Assembly (NCBI GenBank): GCA_964348665.1
Contig: CAYGDP010000005.1
Coordinates: 29,131 to 93,130 of the forward strand
DNA length: 64,000 bases
Direction of reading: 5' to 3'
Origin: an uncultured Verrucomicrobiota bacterium
GTDB taxonomy: Bacteria; Verrucomicrobiota; Verrucomicrobiia; Palsa-1439; CAYGDP01
Below the pieces are notes generated by a model. The model was given only the letters and a program-made list of their open reading frames with translations. It was not told where the DNA came from and did no database searches. Below, in pieces: positions 27,349 through 35,191 of the stretch. The position numbers and the translations under genes were made by a program. Position 1 is the first letter of the stretch. Every line of letters starts with the position of its first letter.

Positions 27349-29250
27349 ATGCCCATCCTCTCTTCCATCCATCGTCGGTCACCGCGCGGGCGGATGCTCG
27401 TGGCGACGATGTATGCGCTGCTGGTCGTGGGCGCTGTATGGATGGTCTATCCGTTCCTGCTGATGCTGAGCGGCTCGACTAAGAGCGACGTGGACATTCG
27501 GCAGTTCGATATCGTGCCACGATTTTTCCACGACGACACGATGTTGTTTCGTAAGTTCGAGGAACAGCGCTATGGCGGGTCGCTTGATGCGTTCACAGCG
27601 GCAACCCGCTATCGCAACGCAGAGGGACGACCGCTCTATTCGTTCGAGTTCCTCGAACCGCCGCAGCCTGTCGCGCCTGCGGTGATCGCGGACTGGCGAG
27701 AGTTTTTGGCGACGAGTCGGGATTCGTCCATCGCGGTAGAAAATCCACCGTGGTTTTTTACGCTGGGTCATAATGGCGGATTCAAAACCGTGCCGGAATT
27801 GGCGTTTGAGTATCAACGGCGGCTCTGGCGGGCATATCCGAATCTGTCACGGAAGGACGTGTACGAGGTGCTCCGACCGGAGGAATGGGTGTTGCGCAGA
27901 TTTCAACAGGTGCGCGGCCCCTACGCGCAAATTTATAGCGATTACCGTGCCAGTCTTGCGCCGCGCTATTTCTTTCCGACGAGTGTCGAGGGAAACTTCA
28001 TCATGACGCAACTTCAGCCGCGCTTCGGGACGGGACGGGACGCGGTTGAGAGGCTAAATCGCGAGTGGGGAACGAACTACAAAAATCTATACGACGTGTC
28101 GATTCTGCCGACGCCGCCCACCCAAACGATTCAGCGCGAGGTGTGGTGGACGTACGTGAGGGACAATCTTTCTGTGCGGTTCATTCGATTCGACGCCTCG
28201 CTTTCGCTCGAGTTCCGTTCGTTCTTGCAAAAGAAATACGGTGCTATCGCCAAATTGAACGAGATTTACGGCGTGAAGCTCGAGGGTTTCGATGCCGTTT
28301 CGTTCCCCGATCAACGATCTCCCATCGCCGCTTTCAGTGATGTGGAAAGCTTCCTACAAACCCTCAAATCGCCCGATGGCATCTCACTCGACTCTGCCGA
28401 CTTTCGCTGGCGCGAATTTCTACGGGCGAAATACAAGAGCGCTTCGACTCCTCTCAGCGCAGGCCTCGACGCGCTCAACAGCGCGCATGGCGCGAGCTAC
28501 GCGTCGTTCGATGAAGTCACGATGCCAACTTTGGCGCACGATTGGCAAACGATGCAGGAGAACAAACGAGCGATCGTCCGCGAGATGGCCACTCGCAATT
28601 ATCGGATTGTTTTCAATGAACTGGCGTTGCGTGGTCATGCGTTCAAGAACACACTGATCTTCTGTTTGTTGAACGTCGTTACCGCGCTCATCATCAACCC
28701 GCTCGCTGCGTACGCGCTTTCACGTTTCCAGCCGCGCTGGGGCACGAAGGCGCTCTTTCTCTTGATGGCGACGATGGCGTTTCCGGCCGAGGTAACGCAG
28801 ATTCCCGCGTTTCTGATGTTGCGCGAGATGGGCTGGCTCAATACGTTCGCCGCGTTGGTGATCCCGGCCGCGGCCAACGGCTTTTCGATTTTTCTGCTGA
28901 AAGGTTTTTTTGATAGCTTGCCGAAGGAACTTTACGAGTCTGCGACGCTCGATGGCGCGAGCGAGCTGCGGATTTTTTGCAATATTACGATGCCGCTCTC
29001 CGCGCCGATTCTCGCGGTCATCGCTCTTGGCGCGTTCACGGCGGCGTATGGGGCGTTCATGTTCGCCTTGCTGGTTTGTCAGCACGAAAGCATGTGGACG
29101 CTGATGGTATATCTGTATCAATTACAGCAGGATTATGGGACGCCGGTGATCTTTGCCGGGCTGGCGTTGGCCGCCATCCCGACACTGCTGGTCTTCGTTT
29201 TCTGCCAAAACATCATCCTGCGCGGGATTGTTGTGCCCGTGGAGAAATGA
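27349..29250 (+). CDS. MalG-like ABC permease with a large extracytoplasmic insertion after TM1
   Basis: EAA loop LPKELYESATLDGASELRIFCNITMPLSAPIL. TM1 (MLVATMYALLVVGAVWMVYPFLLML) is followed by about 400 non-membrane residues. The ATG at 27349 is preferred over the ORF-track start at 27271. Confidence 0.85.
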   Translation: MPILSSIHRRSPRGRMLVATMYALLVVGAVWMVYPFLLMLSGSTKSDVDIRQFDIVPRFFHDDTMLFRKFEEQRYGGSLDAFTAATRYRNAEGRPLYSFEFLEPPQPVAPAVIADWREFLATSRDSSIAVENPPWFFTLGHNGGFKTVPELAFEYQRRLWRAYPNLSRKDVYEVLRPEEWVLRRFQQVRGPYAQIYSDYRASLAPRYFFPTSVEGNFIMTQLQPRFGTGRDAVERLNREWGTNYKNLYDVSILPTPPTQTIQREVWWTYVRDNLSVRFIRFDASLSLEFRSFLQKKYGAIAKLNEIYGVKLEGFDAVSFPDQRSPIAAFSDVESFLQTLKSPDGISLDSADFRWREFLRAKYKSASTPLSAGLDALNSAHGASYASFDEVTMPTLAHDWQTMQENKRAIVREMATRNYRIVFNELALRGHAFKNTLIFCLLNVVTALIINPLAAYALSRFQPRWGTKALFLLMATMAFPAEVTQIPAFLMLREMGWLNTFAALVIPAAANGFSIFLLKGFFDSLPKELYESATLDGASELRIFCNITMPLSAPILAVIALGAFTAAYGAFMFALLVCQHESMWTLMVYLYQLQQDYGTPVIFAGLALAAIPTLLVFVFCQNIILRGIVVPVEK

Positions 29251-29316
29251 TTACGGAGAAATGACGGCGATTGTTTGAGCGACGAATCCGTCGGCTGACG
29301 GAGAAGGGCGGGCATC

Positions 29317-30024
29317 TCACCGGTGTTTTATTGCCCAGGCCGGCAAGCGAAGAATCGCTTTTCGCAGCTTCTCCACTACTGCTTCCGCCTCTTCTTTCCG
29401 ACCTGCGGTGAGTTTGCCGGGCAACTCGCGGATGCGCTGTATTTCGGTAATCAGGAGTTCGATGGCGGCAATCAACGACTGTACGAACGCCTCCCGGTTG
29501 CTCCGATCCAGCGGCGGCTGCGAAATCCCGGGCACCGACGGTGTCACGGATCGGTGGCGACGACGGCCTTCGAAGAGATCGAGCGCCGCATCGAAGTCCC
29601 GCGTATTCATGTTGGCCAAGGGTATTGGCGCGCCGCCCGGCGTGATCGGCAGCGGCGTGTCCGGCGAGAGCTGACGGAGTTTTTCCGGGCGCACGCGCGC
29701 CAGGCGATAAAGACGAGTAACATCGAGCGAGTTGAAATGCTGAAGCGATTCAGCATTTGCGTCGTATGCCTCGGCAACATTCGAGATGTTTTCTGCCGTT
29801 CCACGATGGGTTCCCAAATCCTTTTGCACCCAATTTAACCACTGGCCGTGTTTGAGCTTCTTTTTGACGGCAATCAGTTCGCGTCCCATGGCGACGAGGT
29901 GATCAAGGGTGCACTTGCTCAGATCTCGCTGTAGTGAGAGGAATCGTTTCGTCGAGCGGGCAACCTCCGCTCCGTATCGTTTTTTCACGTCCGCGACAAC
30001 TTCTTGTTCCAATTGGATCAGCAT
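29317..30024 (-). CDS. Hypothetical protein, DUF3102-like (family common on phages/plasmids)
   Basis: 235 aa. The ATG is preceded by GGAGG (cggaggtaaacc-ATG). The block GRELIAVKKKLKHGQWLNWVQKDLGTHRGTAENISNV resembles the DUF3102 core. Divergent from res. Confidence 0.6.
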   Translation of the reverse strand: MLIQLEQEVVADVKKRYGAEVARSTKRFLSLQRDLSKCTLDHLVAMGRELIAVKKKLKHGQWLNWVQKDLGTHRGTAENISNVAEAYDANAESLQHFNSLDVTRLYRLARVRPEKLRQLSPDTPLPITPGGAPIPLANMNTRDFDAALDLFEGRRRHRSVTPSVPGISQPPLDRSNREAFVQSLIAAIELLITEIQRIRELPGKLTAGRKEEAEAVVEKLRKAILRLPAWAIKHR

Positions 30025-30350
30025 GGTTTACCTCCGTTTTGTCCTGACTGGCAGAAGCGCCACCACGAGGCAAGAAAAATCCATGGCGGAAACTTACGAG
30101 AATGTTCTGATCAGAGACATTCAGCGTTCAACCGTGGTCACGATTCGCTCCTAATCGCTGGCGCGGGATCGTTGTTCCCGTGGAGAAATGAGGCCACGAG
30201 CCTGACAGCACTGTGCCGATTTGATATTGCCACGTGCCTGCGCCCTGCTACACTCCACAACCAATAGGAGGAAAGAGACGACCATTAGAAACTAACAAAC
30301 AATTTCGCGTAGCTATGGCTACGGTCTCGTCTGAAAACTGCGAATTTTCT

Positions 30351-30410
30351 GTGGAGAGACCCAGCCCAAGCACGCGCCCACACGGGCGCGGCTTGGCGCA
30401 TTCTCTCCAC
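30351..30410 (+). ncRNA. Long interrupted hairpin (22 bp paired) in the res leader; candidate structured RNA / leader element
   Basis: gtggagaga(30351-59)/tctctccac(30402-10), ccaagc(30366-71)/gcttgg(30391-96) and cgcgccc(30373-79)/gggcgcg(30384-90), with loop ACAC. Confidence 0.45.
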
Positions 30411-30435
30411 GGGCGCTTCGCAGTGCCTCAGACGG

Positions 30436-30463
30436 GGATGCGTTGAGACCGCGTCCTTTTTTT
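30436..30463 (+). terminator. Rho-independent-terminator-like hairpin plus T7 tract just upstream of res
   Basis: ggatgcg-ttgagac-cgcgtcc (one G.U pair) followed by ttttttt. It ends 32 nt before the res ATG at 30495. Confidence 0.5.
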
Positions 30464-30494
30464 GTGCCGTCGTCGAGGCTTCGCCAAGCGCACT

Positions 30495-33140
30495 ATGCCC
30501 AACGACGCAACCACCCTAGTTACACCGCCGACGCTTTATCAGCAGCTTGCCCGCCTTGTCGAGGAGTGGCGGAGCAAACGGTATTGCGCAAGCGAATACA
30601 CCACCATTGCGGAGATTCTCGATTGGGCAAGAGAACCAGAGGGCAGCGGGTTTCGGTTGCGTCCGCCACAATTGCGCGCACTCGAAACATATTGGTATTT
30701 GCGGATCGTCGAGGAAACACCGCACATTCTCGACCTCTACAAAAAGTATTTTCTGCCTGACGACGATCCCGCCGCTTTTCTGAAAGCCCTCAGCATCCCC
30801 GATGAAGCATTCAAGCGGAGCAAATACACCGTCAAGAAGCTGCTGAAGCTCATTGAAGGTGATGATGCATTCGTGCGCGAGTTCGATTTGGAAGCTCTGC
30901 GCGAAACGCTCACGCTCGAATATCCGAGTTACATCTTGGCTCTAGCGATGGGTGCTGGTAAAACGGCGCTCATCGGCGCGATCATCGCCACCGAGTTTAC
31001 AATGGCGCTGGATTATCCCGACGCCGACTTCGTGCAAAACGCGCTCGTGTTCGCACCTGGGAAAACCATCATCGAATCGCTGCGCGAGTTGGCAGAAATC
31101 CCTTACGGTCGCATCTTGCCGCCACGTCTCTACAAACGCTTTGCCGCATCTGTGAAACTTACCTTCACCCGCGACGGCGAGAAAGACATCCCCGTAATTC
31201 GCGGCAGTGTGTTCAACGTCGTCGTCACCAATACTGAAAAAATCCGCATTCAAAAAGAGACGATCCGCAAATCCGACATCGGCAACTTGTTCAAGCCCGA
31301 AAAGGCGGACGAAGCCCGCGCCGAAGTTGCGAACCTTCGCCTTCAATCCATCGCCAGCCTTCCGCACCTTGCCGTTTTCTCGGACGAAGCCCACCACACC
31401 TACGGCCAAGCTCTCGGTGAGGAACTGAAAAAAGTCCGCAAGACCGTGGACTACCTCGCCGCCAACACGAATGTCCTGTGTGTCGTCAACACGACTGGCA
31501 CGCCCTACTACCGCCGCCAGCCGTTGCGCGACGTGGTGATCTGGTATGGGCTGGCGCAAGGCATCCGCGACGGCATCCTCAAAGAAGTCGCGGGCAACAT
31601 TCACGGCTTCCGCTTCGGCGACGAGGATACCGACCAATTCGTCGCGCATGTGATCGCGGACTTTTTCCAAGACTACGGCAACGTAAAACTCCCCAACGGC
31701 TCGCCCTCCAAACTCGCGCTCTACTTTCCGCAGACTGACGATCTCGAAAAACTCCGCCCCGTCGTCGAAATCGCGCTGGCAAAAGTCGGTCAATCCACTG
31801 CGATTTGCTTGCGAAATACCACAGACTCTCCACAAGCCGAAGTGGACGCTTTCAACCGTCTCAACGATCCCGCCTCGCCTCACCGCGTCATACTGCTTGT
31901 CAACAAAGGCACGGAAGGTTGGAACTGCCCCAGCCTATTCGCGTGCGCGCTGGCGCGTCGGCTGCGAAGCAGCAACAACTTCGTGCTACAAGCCGCGTCA
32001 CGGTGTCTGCGCCAAGTGCCGAGCAACGCCGAAAAAGCGCGCATCTATCTCTCGATGGACAACTACAACACCCTCGACCGCGAGTTGCAAGAAACCTACG
32101 GCGAGACCATCGAAGACCTTAGACGCACTCAAGCCAATAGCCGTAGCGCGAAAATCGAACTGCGGAAGCTCCGTCTTCCGCCGCTTGTCATAAAACAAGT
32201 CGTGCGGACGGTGGTTCGCAAAGACTCGACAACTGGAAAACTCTCGTTGACCAAGCCGACATCAGCGCATCCCGCAACGCTCGAAAAGTTGACCTTCGCC
32301 ATAGCGCAGCAAGCCGCCACACGCAGCGTCCTCAAACAAATCGCCGACACCGTAAAAATCGAAACGACTCCGCAAGCTACTGACCTCTACTCCGCAGCGG
32401 TGGAGCTTGCCGCAGTTTATCGGCTCGACGTTTGGGTGATCTACGACGAACTCAAACGGCTCTACGACAACGAAGGCGACATTCCCCTCGCGCATCTTGC
32501 CGACATCGCGCAGCAAATCGAAAAGCTGACCTGCAACTACGCCGTGCGCGAGGAGGCAATCGAAAAGGCGCTTGCCCTCGTCAAACTTGACGGCTTCGAG
32601 AAGGAAATTTCCGCCGACGGCGCGGAGATTTACACCGCCGAGATTTTGTATCCCATTGCCCGTCAAGCGTTGCTCCTCAAATGGGAGCAAATGAAGGATC
32701 GCAACAAGCACAACCTCGGCTTTCACTACACCGCCTACAACTTCGACTCGAATCCCGAAAAAAGTTTTTTCGAGCAACTGCTCGATCACCTCAACCTCCA
32801 TCCCAGCGAAGTCGAGGACATTTACTTTACGGGTGCGATTACCGACCCGCGCAAGACCGATTTTTTTGTGGAATACGTCGGCGAAGATGGCGAATGGCAT
32901 CGCTACACGCCCGACTTCGTGATCCGTCGCAAGGATGGTAAGTGTTTGATCCTCGAAATAAAAGATGAGGGCGAGCGGTCGCATTCGATAGACGGCGAAA
33001 ACGGACGCAAAGCCGTGGCGACGCGCAAATGGGCAGGGCTGAATCCCGACCGCCTCAAATACCAACTCATTTTCACCAGCGGCAACACAGTTGCCTACAA
33101 CGACACTCAGAAAGCCCGCGAGTTCGTGGAGACAAAATGA
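30495..33140 (+). CDS. res: Type III restriction enzyme Res subunit (SF2 helicase plus C-terminal PD-ExK nuclease)
   Basis: Motif I LAMGAGKTALIG, motif II VFSDEAHHTYG (DEAH), motif VI LQAASRCLR, and a nuclease-like YTPDF...LILEIKD. ATG at 30495; the ORF-track TTG start is 30462. Confidence 0.88.
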   Translation: MPNDATTLVTPPTLYQQLARLVEEWRSKRYCASEYTTIAEILDWAREPEGSGFRLRPPQLRALETYWYLRIVEETPHILDLYKKYFLPDDDPAAFLKALSIPDEAFKRSKYTVKKLLKLIEGDDAFVREFDLEALRETLTLEYPSYILALAMGAGKTALIGAIIATEFTMALDYPDADFVQNALVFAPGKTIIESLRELAEIPYGRILPPRLYKRFAASVKLTFTRDGEKDIPVIRGSVFNVVVTNTEKIRIQKETIRKSDIGNLFKPEKADEARAEVANLRLQSIASLPHLAVFSDEAHHTYGQALGEELKKVRKTVDYLAANTNVLCVVNTTGTPYYRRQPLRDVVIWYGLAQGIRDGILKEVAGNIHGFRFGDEDTDQFVAHVIADFFQDYGNVKLPNGSPSKLALYFPQTDDLEKLRPVVEIALAKVGQSTAICLRNTTDSPQAEVDAFNRLNDPASPHRVILLVNKGTEGWNCPSLFACALARRLRSSNNFVLQAASRCLRQVPSNAEKARIYLSMDNYNTLDRELQETYGETIEDLRRTQANSRSAKIELRKLRLPPLVIKQVVRTVVRKDSTTGKLSLTKPTSAHPATLEKLTFAIAQQAATRSVLKQIADTVKIETTPQATDLYSAAVELAAVYRLDVWVIYDELKRLYDNEGDIPLAHLADIAQQIEKLTCNYAVREEAIEKALALVKLDGFEKEISADGAEIYTAEILYPIARQALLLKWEQMKDRNKHNLGFHYTAYNFDSNPEKSFFEQLLDHLNLHPSEVEDIYFTGAITDPRKTDFFVEYVGEDGEWHRYTPDFVIRRKDGKCLILEIKDEGERSHSIDGENGRKAVATRKWAGLNPDRLKYQLIFTSGNTVAYNDTQKAREFVETK

Positions 33141-34999
33141 GCAAGCCAAAGACCAAACAACTCGAAATCAAACCCGCCAAAGGCCGCCCGATGCTCTCAT
33201 GGGTGGGCAAACGTCCGCTGCGTCACGTCACCGCCTTTCCCGCACAGCACACCGAGACATTCGATCCGACAGGTGACACCGCCAAGCGCAAAGGCGCAGA
33301 GTGGCAAGAATGGCCGAAGGACTATCCCAAAGGCGGCTTGCTATTTCACGGCGATAACAAAGAGGTGCTCGCCCATCTGCTCGCCAACGGCTTTCGCGGC
33401 AAGGTCAACCTCATCTACATTGATCCGCCTTTCGATAGCGGCGCGGATTATGTGAGGAAGATCAACTTGCGCGGCGTAAAAGGAGAAACCAAGATTGAGG
33501 GCGATAGCTACACTCTGGGCGAGCAAGTCCAATACACCGACATCTGGGCAAACGATAACTACCTGCAATTCATGTATGAGCGATTGCTCCTGCTCAAAGA
33601 ATTATTGGCGGCCAATGGAAGCATCTATGTTCACATGAATGACTTCCGCGTCGCTCCCGTGCGGCTTCTCATGGACGAGGTATTCGGTGCAGAGTCGTTC
33701 CGCAACATTGTGGTCTGGTATTTCACCAACAAAATCCCCGACTCCCGCAAGAAGTTGTTCACCAACTCAACCGAGTTCGTTCTCTTTTATACCAAAGGTG
33801 ATGGCTCAACGTTTCACACGTTGGAAACACAGCGGGAAAAGCCGATCAAAGTCTCGAAGATGGAAAAAGTGGAGGGTAAGAAAATCTATACAAAAGACGA
33901 ATCTGGCAAGGGAATCTACGTTGAGCGCACAACTCGGATCATGGACAACGTTTGGAACATTGCCCTGCTACATGCTCAACCTGAGCGAGAGGATTATCCA
34001 ACCCAGAAACCCGAAGACCTGCTCAGGCGCGTTATCATGGCTTCCTCTGACCCAAGCGACATTGTTTTGGATTGCTTCGTCGGCAGCGGCACGACGTCGG
34101 CGGTCGCGCAACGACTAGGCCGCCGCTGGATTGGGTGCGACATCAACAAGGGTGCGATTCAGACGACGAGCAAACGGCTGCAAACCATCATCGCGGAGCA
34201 AGTCGAAGCTGCAAAGCAGAGAAGCCGACAAGGGAAATTGATTGAGACGGAAACCAACGAAGCGCCGCCGCCCGCGCAACTTTCCTTCGCCACGTATCGC
34301 GTCAATGACTACGATTTGCAAATCCAGCACAACGAGGCCGTGAACCTCGCGTGCGAGCATATCGGCGTCACGCGCACCCGCACCGACTCGTATTTCGACG
34401 GCACGCTCGGCAAGCGGCTGGTGAAAATCGCGCCGTTCACGCACCCGCTCTCTTTGCTCGACATGGAGGAACTGAAAAAGGAACTCGCCGCCCGCCCCGA
34501 CGAGGAGCGCGACGTGACGGTGGTTTGCCTCGGCAAAGAAACCGCCGTGGACGGCTGGCTCGAAGACTGGAATCGTCTCCGCAAGAAAGGCGATGTGCCG
34601 AACAAAATCGAGGTGATCGAGCTTCGCACCGATCCGACCTACGGCAAGTTTTTCGTTCACCAACCCGCCCGCGCAAAGGTGGAGATCAAACGCACGAAGG
34701 ATAAAATCCTCATCGTCATCGAGGACTTCATTTCGCCGACCATCATCGAGCGGCTCACAGAGCAAGCAGGCATCCTCAAACCGAAGATAGACAACTGGCG
34801 GGCGATGGTGGACTGCGTGAGCATTGACGCAGCCTACGACGGCAAGGTTTTCAACGTCGCGCTCTCCGATGTCCCTGAAAAGAAAACCAAACTCGTGACG
34901 GGCAAATACGAACTTCCTGCGCCAAGAACCAAAACCACCGTCGCCGTCAAAATCGTGGATATGCTCGGCGAGGAAGTGCTGGTCACGAAGGCTTTGTAG
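33137..34999 (+). CDS. mod: Type III-like DNA methyltransferase Mod subunit (beta-class N6A/N4C) with a long C-terminal extension
   Basis: Motif IV NLIYIDPPFDSGADY lies upstream of motif I VLDCFVGSGTTSAVAQRLGRRWIGCD. The N-terminus MLSWVGKRP is typical. Its ATG overlaps the res stop (ATGA at 33137-33140). Confidence 0.9.
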   Translation: MSKPKTKQLEIKPAKGRPMLSWVGKRPLRHVTAFPAQHTETFDPTGDTAKRKGAEWQEWPKDYPKGGLLFHGDNKEVLAHLLANGFRGKVNLIYIDPPFDSGADYVRKINLRGVKGETKIEGDSYTLGEQVQYTDIWANDNYLQFMYERLLLLKELLAANGSIYVHMNDFRVAPVRLLMDEVFGAESFRNIVVWYFTNKIPDSRKKLFTNSTEFVLFYTKGDGSTFHTLETQREKPIKVSKMEKVEGKKIYTKDESGKGIYVERTTRIMDNVWNIALLHAQPEREDYPTQKPEDLLRRVIMASSDPSDIVLDCFVGSGTTSAVAQRLGRRWIGCDINKGAIQTTSKRLQTIIAEQVEAAKQRSRQGKLIETETNEAPPPAQLSFATYRVNDYDLQIQHNEAVNLACEHIGVTRTRTDSYFDGTLGKRLVKIAPFTHPLSLLDMEELKKELAARPDEERDVTVVCLGKETAVDGWLEDWNRLRKKGDVPNKIEVIELRTDPTYGKFFVHQPARAKVEIKRTKDKILIVIEDFISPTIIERLTEQAGILKPKIDNWRAMVDCVSIDAAYDGKVFNVALSDVPEKKTKLVTGKYELPAPRTKTTVAVKIVDMLGEEVLVTKAL

Positions 35000-35191
35000 T
35001 GTTGGCACAATCGCCGCCCTTACCCGCCCGATCTGCGACAATCTCATCGGTAAAACCAAAGGCGCATTGGCACTTTAACTTTTGACACCTGTGATAGTGA
35101 GGCACTACGGATTGAGTGCGGAGGAATTGGATTTTATTCCTTTCGCTGCGTCCAGGACAGGCTTCCCCACCAAAGCTATCGTCGGGTCGAG

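Noticed and set aside
30942-33149. Minus-strand ORFs 30942-31883 (313 aa) and 32262-33149 (295 aa)
   Set aside because: Antisense shadows of res, which carries helicase motifs I, II and VI and a PD-ExK motif in the plus frame.
29264-35017. 10-nt inverted match (cggcgattgt near 29264 / acaatcgccg near 35008) flanking the R-M island as possible element ends
   Set aside because: It is too short to distinguish from chance in GC-rich DNA. No target-site duplication, integrase or transposase supports a mobile-element boundary.
34115-35059. 314-aa minus-strand ORF
   Set aside because: Antisense shadow of mod (motifs IV and I are clear on the plus strand).
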